This document shows positions 59,209 to 64,000 of a DNA stretch of 64,000 nucleotides, in pieces (positions within the stretch are counted from its first letter, which is position 1; every line of letters begins with the position of its first letter). A program made the translations under genes and the position numbers. This DNA comes from a virus. Lineage: Duplodnaviria > Caudoviricetes. A model generated the notes under the pieces. The model saw only the letters and a program-made list of their open reading frames with translations, did not search any database and was not told the origin of the DNA. The stretch spans positions 382-64,381 of IMG/VR virus record IMGVR_UViG_3300021440_000022, one strand, 5' to 3'.

Positions 59209-59630
59209 GAGCGCTCGCAGGCGAGGCCGGCGGCTCTGGCGCTGTCGGCATAGGCAGCCAGGACCGCCGCGCGATCGTCAGCGCGCTGGAACACGTCGGC
59301 GAGCACTCCGATGGGATCGCCGGCTGCCTCGCCTCCGCCGGCAGGGGCGGCACGGGCAGCGGCAACGGCAGCGGCGAGCCGCACCCGCAGATCACGGCCG
59401 GCAGCATCCAGGTCAGCCCGGTCAATGCGCAGGCGCGCCAGTTCCTCGGTCGTCCGTGCATGGCTCTCCTCCATGCGGCCGCGCATGGCCGCGTCTTCAC
59501 GCTGGGCTTCCTCGACGGCGGCGACGCGCTCGCGCTGGGCGCGCGCATCGCGCCAGTCCCACCCGGCCCACCCGCCAGCGGCCAGACCGACGGCTAGCGA
59601 CAACGCCACGGCCGCAGCGATCTCGCTCAT
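59184..59630 (-). CDS. Inner-membrane spanin (Rz-like, DUF2514-like)
   Basis: N-terminal TM helix, coiled coil, C-terminal YAD.AR.AG.ACERSY. Confidence 0.8.
   Translation of the reverse strand: MSEIAAAVALSLAVGLAAGGWAGWDWRDARAQRERVAAVEEAQREDAAMRGRMEESHARTTEELARLRIDRADLDAAGRDLRVRLAAAVAAARAAPAGGGEAAGDPIGVLADVFQRADDRAAVLAAYADSARAAGLACERSYEALKRR
59195..59461 (-). CDS. Outer-membrane spanin (Rz1-like lipoprotein) embedded in Rz, +1 frame
   Basis: GGAG RBS; signal peptide and lipobox-like VICGC; Pro-rich; C-x3-C. Confidence 0.75.
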   Translation of the reverse strand: MHGRPRNWRACALTGLTWMLPAVICGCGSPLPLPLPVPPLPAEARQPAIPSECSPTCSSALTIARRSWLPMPTAPEPPASPASAPTKR

Positions 59631-60136
59631 GCCTCGCTCTGGCTGGCGCTGGCGTCGATGATCGGCAGCGGCACGTACATCCTGTCGCCGGGCGGCAGCC
59701 GAAAGCCCAGCACGCGCCCTTCGTCGAAGGCTGCCAGGGACACGGCGTTGCCCTGGTTGCCACCGAGGCATACCAGTTCCGCAGACCTGGTGCGGCCCAC
59801 GGCCAGGGCGACGTGGCCGCCGCCTTCGCGGCCGAACACCACCACCGTGCCCACCACCGGGTTCGCTGTGGACTTGCCCCAGTCCAGCCAGGACTTGGCG
59901 CGCCAGCACGATGGCGGGGGCGCGATGCCGGCCTCCGTCATCCACGCGCCGACGGCGCCGCCGCACCACGGCGTCTCGTCGTCGGTGAACGGTGCTTTGA
60001 CGGCGCGCCACATCGCCAGGATGCGCGGCGCCTGGATGTGGCCCGGGACCTCGCGCAGGCCGATGTCGCGGCGCGCGATCTGCAGCCAGTAGGGGTCGCC
60101 GGGCTGTGGCTGGGTCTGGTCAGAAGTCGTCGGCAT
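59627..60136 (-). CDS. Endolysin, NlpC/P60 TIGR02594-like
   Basis: DDETPWCG, A.SWL.WG, R.GGGHV, GGNQ.NAV. Confidence 0.88.
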   Translation of the reverse strand: MPTTSDQTQPQPGDPYWLQIARRDIGLREVPGHIQAPRILAMWRAVKAPFTDDETPWCGGAVGAWMTEAGIAPPPSCWRAKSWLDWGKSTANPVVGTVVVFGREGGGHVALAVGRTRSAELVCLGGNQGNAVSLAAFDEGRVLGFRLPPGDRMYVPLPIIDASASQSEA

Positions 60137-60368
60137 TGTTCCTCCAGTTGTCGGCCAAGGCCTCCAGCCCGTACGGCAGGCGCTCCTTGAGCCAGGCCAG
60201 AGCGTAGCCGAAGGCGTCGCGCTCGGTCACCAGGTGCTCGACGGTGCAGGTGCCGTGGCCAGCGCGATCGAGTGCGTATTGCTCGGCCCGCGTCCGCTCC
60301 TTGAACAGCGCCGTCTCTCCCTTGGCGCACTCAACAACCTCACCGACCACGCGCATTGGTCTGGGCAT
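60120..60368 (-). CDS. Small soluble hypothetical protein in the lysis cassette
   Basis: GGAG RBS; 82 aa. Confidence 0.5.
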   Translation of the reverse strand: MPRPMRVVGEVVECAKGETALFKERTRAEQYALDRAGHGTCTVEHLVTERDAFGYALAWLKERLPYGLEALADNWRNNADDF

Positions 60369-60371
60369 GGG

Positions 60372-60725
60372 TCACTCCGAATCTTGGTAGGTGCCGGCCG
60401 GGGCGGAAAAACGCCACCGGTGCGCGCTCAACAGCAGGTACAGCAGCACGCTGGCCACCAGCGCCATCGTGCCGATGTCGCGGTTCTCCAGCAGGTCCAT
60501 CACCCAGCCGCGGGCGCCGAACTCGCGCGCCAACTCCCAGTTGATGCTCCACACCGCTGCGCAGAAGAGGCCTATGGCCAGCACCGCGTGCTGCGCCGCC
60601 ACCGCCAGCTTCGTGCGCGCGGGGTGCATGAGCCGCAGCCGACAGAGGATCGCCCAGATCCCGGCCGCGGCCAGCACCAACGTCAGCAGCGCCACCGGCG
60701 CGATCAGGCAGTGCAGCATGCTCAT
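60372..60725 (-). CDS. Holin-like membrane protein (3 TM)
   Basis: Three hydrophobic segments; upstream of the endolysin. Confidence 0.6.
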   Translation of the reverse strand: MSMLHCLIAPVALLTLVLAAAGIWAILCRLRLMHPARTKLAVAAQHAVLAIGLFCAAVWSINWELAREFGARGWVMDLLENRDIGTMALVASVLLYLLLSAHRWRFSAPAGTYQDSE

Positions 60726-61111
60726 GGGGCATCCCCTTTCACTTTGGACTCGACGACGCGGGCGGCGCGCCGGAAGGCCCACCTGATGATCCCGAGCCAG
60801 CTCGTGCCGATCGCGGGTATGGCGATTGCCACGAAGAACAGCAGCTCGAACGGCTTGCTGTGCAGGTGCGGGGCGACGATGTTCGCCAGCGCGCCGGCGC
60901 CGCCAACCGTCACGATGAAGCTGACGACGATGAACCAGATGGTGTTGATCCTCGTGCCGTCCTCGCCCATCCGCCACACGCCAATGATGACGCCTGCGAA
61001 CCAGCCGAACACGATGAGCATCATCATGCCCAGGGCTGGCCCGAGCACGTTGCCGAAGGCCCAGACAGCAAGGGTGACAAGCACCGTGTCAAGACTTGGG
61101 ATTTTTTCCAC
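60722..61111 (-). CDS. Holin-like membrane protein
   Basis: AGGAG-GTG; 3-4 hydrophobic segments; basic C-terminus. Confidence 0.6.
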   Translation of the reverse strand: MEKIPSLDTVLVTLAVWAFGNVLGPALGMMMLIVFGWFAGVIIGVWRMGEDGTRINTIWFIVVSFIVTVGGAGALANIVAPHLHSKPFELLFFVAIAIPAIGTSWLGIIRWAFRRAARVVESKVKGDAP

Positions 61112-61466
61112 CGCCAGGGCTCCTGATGAGGAACAACACCACGAGGCCGATGAACAGCCCCACCAAAGCGAGCGGAATCTTGAACCGGGCGTCGCACTGG
61201 TCTTGGCCAGGCAGTACCACCCACGGGTTCGCGAGCCAGAGCATAGAACACCCGGCCGTGAACATGAACAGCACGATGAGGTAGCAGCAGACCAGCACCA
61301 GCCGCGGGTAGGTGCGGTAGCCCAGCGCCAGCGACCCCAGCAGGAACATGACCAGGATCGCCAGGCTGGCGTTCCAGACGTCGGCCTGGGCCCACTCTGG
61401 CGCCGCCTTCCAGCCGAAGACCGTGAACATACCCACCGCAAGCAGGCCGATGGCGGTGATCTTCAC
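61089..61466 (-). CDS. Membrane protein (4 TM)
   Basis: GTG overlaps the upstream TGA; hydrophobic segments. Confidence 0.55.
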   Translation of the reverse strand: MKITAIGLLAVGMFTVFGWKAAPEWAQADVWNASLAILVMFLLGSLALGYRTYPRLVLVCCYLIVLFMFTAGCSMLWLANPWVVLPGQDQCDARFKIPLALVGLFIGLVVLFLIRSPGGGKNPKS

Positions 61467-61606
61467 TTCGGTGTCGTCGGCCGCGGCCCGAAGCTCACCA
61501 GCAGCTTGACGGCCTGGCCCACGGTCTGGGCCGGCGGCCGCAGGCGGAACACCGCCCACGACGCTACCACCACCGCCGTGCCGCCAATCAGCATTGCCTC
61601 GTACAT
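61463..61606 (-). CDS. 47-aa single-TM peptide
   Basis: AAGGAG RBS before MYEAMLIGGTAVVVASWAV. Confidence 0.55.
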   Translation of the reverse strand: MYEAMLIGGTAVVVASWAVFRLRPPAQTVGQAVKLLVSFGPRPTTPK

Positions 61607-61621
61607 GGTCTTCTCCTTCGG

Positions 61622-63997
61622 TTACTGGGTGCTCCGCACCACGGGGTTGGTCATCACCTTGTGGCTGATGAGGGCCTTCTGCGCCAGGATCTTGTCGATC
61701 TCCTCGCGCTTTTTCTCCGGCGTCATCTTCTTGTCGGCGTAGATGGCGTCGCGCTTCCTGTTCAGGTCCTGCAGCATGCTGGTGGCCGACTGTACCTGCT
61801 GCCGCAGCGCCAGCTTTGTGGCCTCGCGCTTGGCCAGCGCTATCGCGCCTTCCTTGTCTCCCTTCTTCGCTTTGTCGCGCACGGTCTCGTAGATTTCCTC
61901 GACGTCGGTGCGAAGCGCATACAGGTCCTGCTCGAAGACGGTCGCCCGCGGCGGATCCATGCGGTAGAAGTCGCGCACCAGCGGCAGGTCGTCCAGCCGC
62001 CGGGCCGGCGCCGGCGCCTTGTTGTCCAGTGCCGCCACGGCCAGGTCGGCCAGCCCAAGGGCGTATGCGCCGATGGTGCCGAAGTAGGCGTTGGCCAGGT
62101 ACTCCAGCTTCTTCGGCCCGAGCCCGGTGGCGTTCACCAGCGGCTCCGCGGCCTGGGCCAGCTTCACCGCCGCCGGCGACGTCAGCGCGCTGTAGCGCTG
62201 GGCCGGCTGCTTCTTGGCGTCGGACATGCTCTCGATCGGCCGGTCGCGGAAGGTGTCGCGGTTCATGGCCACGTTCAGGCCCGGCCGGATCGCCTGCGGC
62301 ACCGGGTCGAAGGCCAGCTGGTCAATGATGTCGTGGGCGATGCGCGTGGCCGCCTTCTTGCCCGTGTCCTGGCCGCGGATGTACCGCATGATGCGCTCGG
62401 GCACAGTGGCGAACGCCACGCCCAGCTCAAACGGCTTCGGCAGCCGGAAGTGCTCGCCGCGGATCCAGAAGTGCCAGTAGTTGTCCTTGTCCCAGTCTGG
62501 CAGTTCCTCGTACTCGGGGTTGTCGGCGTTCGCCCACGCCAGCGCCAGGCTCGCGGCCACCATCAACATGCCGTAGGCGGCCAGCCGCTTCGGGTTCGCC
62601 CGGCCCAGCCGGTACAGGCCCTGCACGCGCGCGTTGAAGAACGGAAGCACGTCCGCCATGAACTGGTAGACGGGGCTGCTGCCGCGCAGGGTGAAGTCCA
62701 TCAGGTCCTTGGCCTCGTAGGCGGCCGCCGTGCCACCCTTTCCGGCCTTGGCCGCGGCCTCGTAGACGGCCTCGCGGTTGGCGTTCTCCACGGCCTCGCC
62801 CACATGGCGGTAGTGCTCCCACCACCTGGCGGGCGTGTCGATCACCGTGCCCATGAACCCCTCGACGGTGGCGGCATTGAACCCGCGCCGTCGCAGCGCC
62901 CGGCGGATGGCAGCGCCAGTGCCGGCCGGGTCGCCGGCGTTCACCTGACCCGATTGGAAGCTGGCGCCGGCAAACAGCATGGCCTCCCCGGCTCCAGTCT
63001 CCGTGTAGGACTTGACGATGCCGGACACGGACTTGCCTGGTGAGAAGCCGTCCCGGCCGACCAGCTGCGCCGCAGCGGTGTCGCGCACGAAGTTGCGGAT
63101 CCAGAACGGCGGCGCGGCCGTGACACCGGCCGTGAGGAAGCGCTTGAACGCGCGCAGCACGCCCAGGCCAGGGAAGTCGAACGGCACGAAGCTGGTCAGC
63201 GCCTTCAGCAGCAGCGGGTCGTTGACGCGGTAGTAGCGCGGGTGCCCGTCCACCATCACCCGCACGATGTCGGGGTCGGCCGGCGGCTGCATCGCCCACA
63301 TCTTGGCCATGCCGGCGAAGGCGGTGTCGGGGATGATGTCCATCACCACGTCCGGCGTGCCGGCGTCGCGGAGCACCTTCTTCACCTGGCCGGCCGGCAC
63401 CAGTTCCTTGCTGAACGTCATGCCCTCGCGCGTGACCACATCCGACCCCGCCTGCTCCAGCAGGTGCACGGTCTTGGCGATGGCGCGGTTCTTCAGCGAG
63501 GCGTCGATGAGCCGGCTGAAGTTCATGATGATGTTCTCCATCGGGTCGTTCAGCGCCGACTCGCCGCCTTTCAGCGTGCGAATCCCAGAACTCTGCCCGG
63601 CCAGGCCTTTGCGGCCGGTCGGGCTGAACACCGCCTCCTGGTCGATCTTCCGGTAGAAGGGGATGTAGTCGGCGTTGTCCCAGACCTTGCGGGCCTCGCC
63701 ATCGATCAGGCCGGCATGCTCGGCGATGTCGAGCACGCTGCGCTTGAAGGCCGCGTACTCCAGCGCCGCTGCCCGAAACTTCGCCTCCTTGCCCTTGGCC
63801 AGGTCCTGCAGGGTCTGGATCTGCGCCGGCGTGAGGTTGCGCTCGCGGCCCTCCTTGGCCAGGCGCGCGGCGCGGTTTCCGATCATCCAGCCGAAGAAGT
63901 CGTTCAGGTCCTCGCCCAGCGGCGCCAGGATGTCCAGCAGACCCCGGGTGCCTGGGATCTTCACCAGGTGCTGGCCGTTGTCCGCCCACGCCGCCTG
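61622..63997 (-). CDS. C-terminal part of the giant virion protein with LPD38-like domain
   Basis: YIPFYR, NFVRD, LMDF..RG, PFFNARVQGLY, Y..LPDW.KD.YW......PKPFELG. Confidence 0.8.
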   Translation of the reverse strand, partial: QAAWADNGQHLVKIPGTRGLLDILAPLGEDLNDFFGWMIGNRAARLAKEGRERNLTPAQIQTLQDLAKGKEAKFRAAALEYAAFKRSVLDIAEHAGLIDGEARKVWDNADYIPFYRKIDQEAVFSPTGRKGLAGQSSGIRTLKGGESALNDPMENIIMNFSRLIDASLKNRAIAKTVHLLEQAGSDVVTREGMTFSKELVPAGQVKKVLRDAGTPDVVMDIIPDTAFAGMAKMWAMQPPADPDIVRVMVDGHPRYYRVNDPLLLKALTSFVPFDFPGLGVLRAFKRFLTAGVTAAPPFWIRNFVRDTAAAQLVGRDGFSPGKSVSGIVKSYTETGAGEAMLFAGASFQSGQVNAGDPAGTGAAIRRALRRRGFNAATVEGFMGTVIDTPARWWEHYRHVGEAVENANREAVYEAAAKAGKGGTAAAYEAKDLMDFTLRGSSPVYQFMADVLPFFNARVQGLYRLGRANPKRLAAYGMLMVAASLALAWANADNPEYEELPDWDKDNYWHFWIRGEHFRLPKPFELGVAFATVPERIMRYIRGQDTGKKAATRIAHDIIDQLAFDPVPQAIRPGLNVAMNRDTFRDRPIESMSDAKKQPAQRYSALTSPAAVKLAQAAEPLVNATGLGPKKLEYLANAYFGTIGAYALGLADLAVAALDNKAPAPARRLDDLPLVRDFYRMDPPRATVFEQDLYALRTDVEEIYETVRDKAKKGDKEGAIALAKREATKLALRQQVQSATSMLQDLNRKRDAIYADKKMTPEKKREEIDKILAQKALISHKVMTNPVVRSTQ

Positions 63998-64000
63998 TCA

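Noticed and set aside
59195-59461. Rz1 nested in Rz as a novelty
   Set aside because: Embedded spanins are well described.
1-64000. CRISPR array, integrase/att, transposase, stop-codon recoding
   Set aside because: None recognised by eye; core genes translate fully with code 11.

Overview
The window is a near-complete, circularly permuted, GC-rich tailed-phage genome with podovirus-like architecture: an N4-gp56/DUF4043-type major capsid, a 933W/Bcep22-like tail and adaptor set, and a giant DarB-like injected protein. The host is probably a betaproteobacterium, inferred from the DnaB sequence. The minus strand 1-30.6 kb carries TerS, about 4 kb of small ORFs, TerL, portal, scaffold, capsid, adaptors, tail and ejection proteins. 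It ends in a giant polyvalent virion protein that starts at 8758, runs off base 1 and apparently resumes at 64000-61622, followed by the lysis cassette. Two plus-strand early blocks (30.8-36.8 kb small ORFs; 47.3-59.2 kb ERF/YqaJ/NinB etc.) flank a minus-strand replication and DNA-modification block (Cro-like HTH, N4/N6 MTase, O-like protein, DnaB, RusA, C5 MTase, PAPS-reductase-like). No integrase, polymerase, tRNA or CRISPR array was seen. Most notable: two complete genes are overprinted in the +1 frame inside the unbroken giant ORF. One is an HNH-like homing endonuclease with its own candidate leaderless promoter and no intron or intein. Also notable are a tail-nozzle gene split into three ORFs around a glycosyltransferase-like gene, a ~600-nt structured leader before an N-terminally truncated replication initiator, a shared palindromic operator at both divergent switches, and candidate structured ncRNAs. 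All family assignments come from recalled motifs, not database searches.
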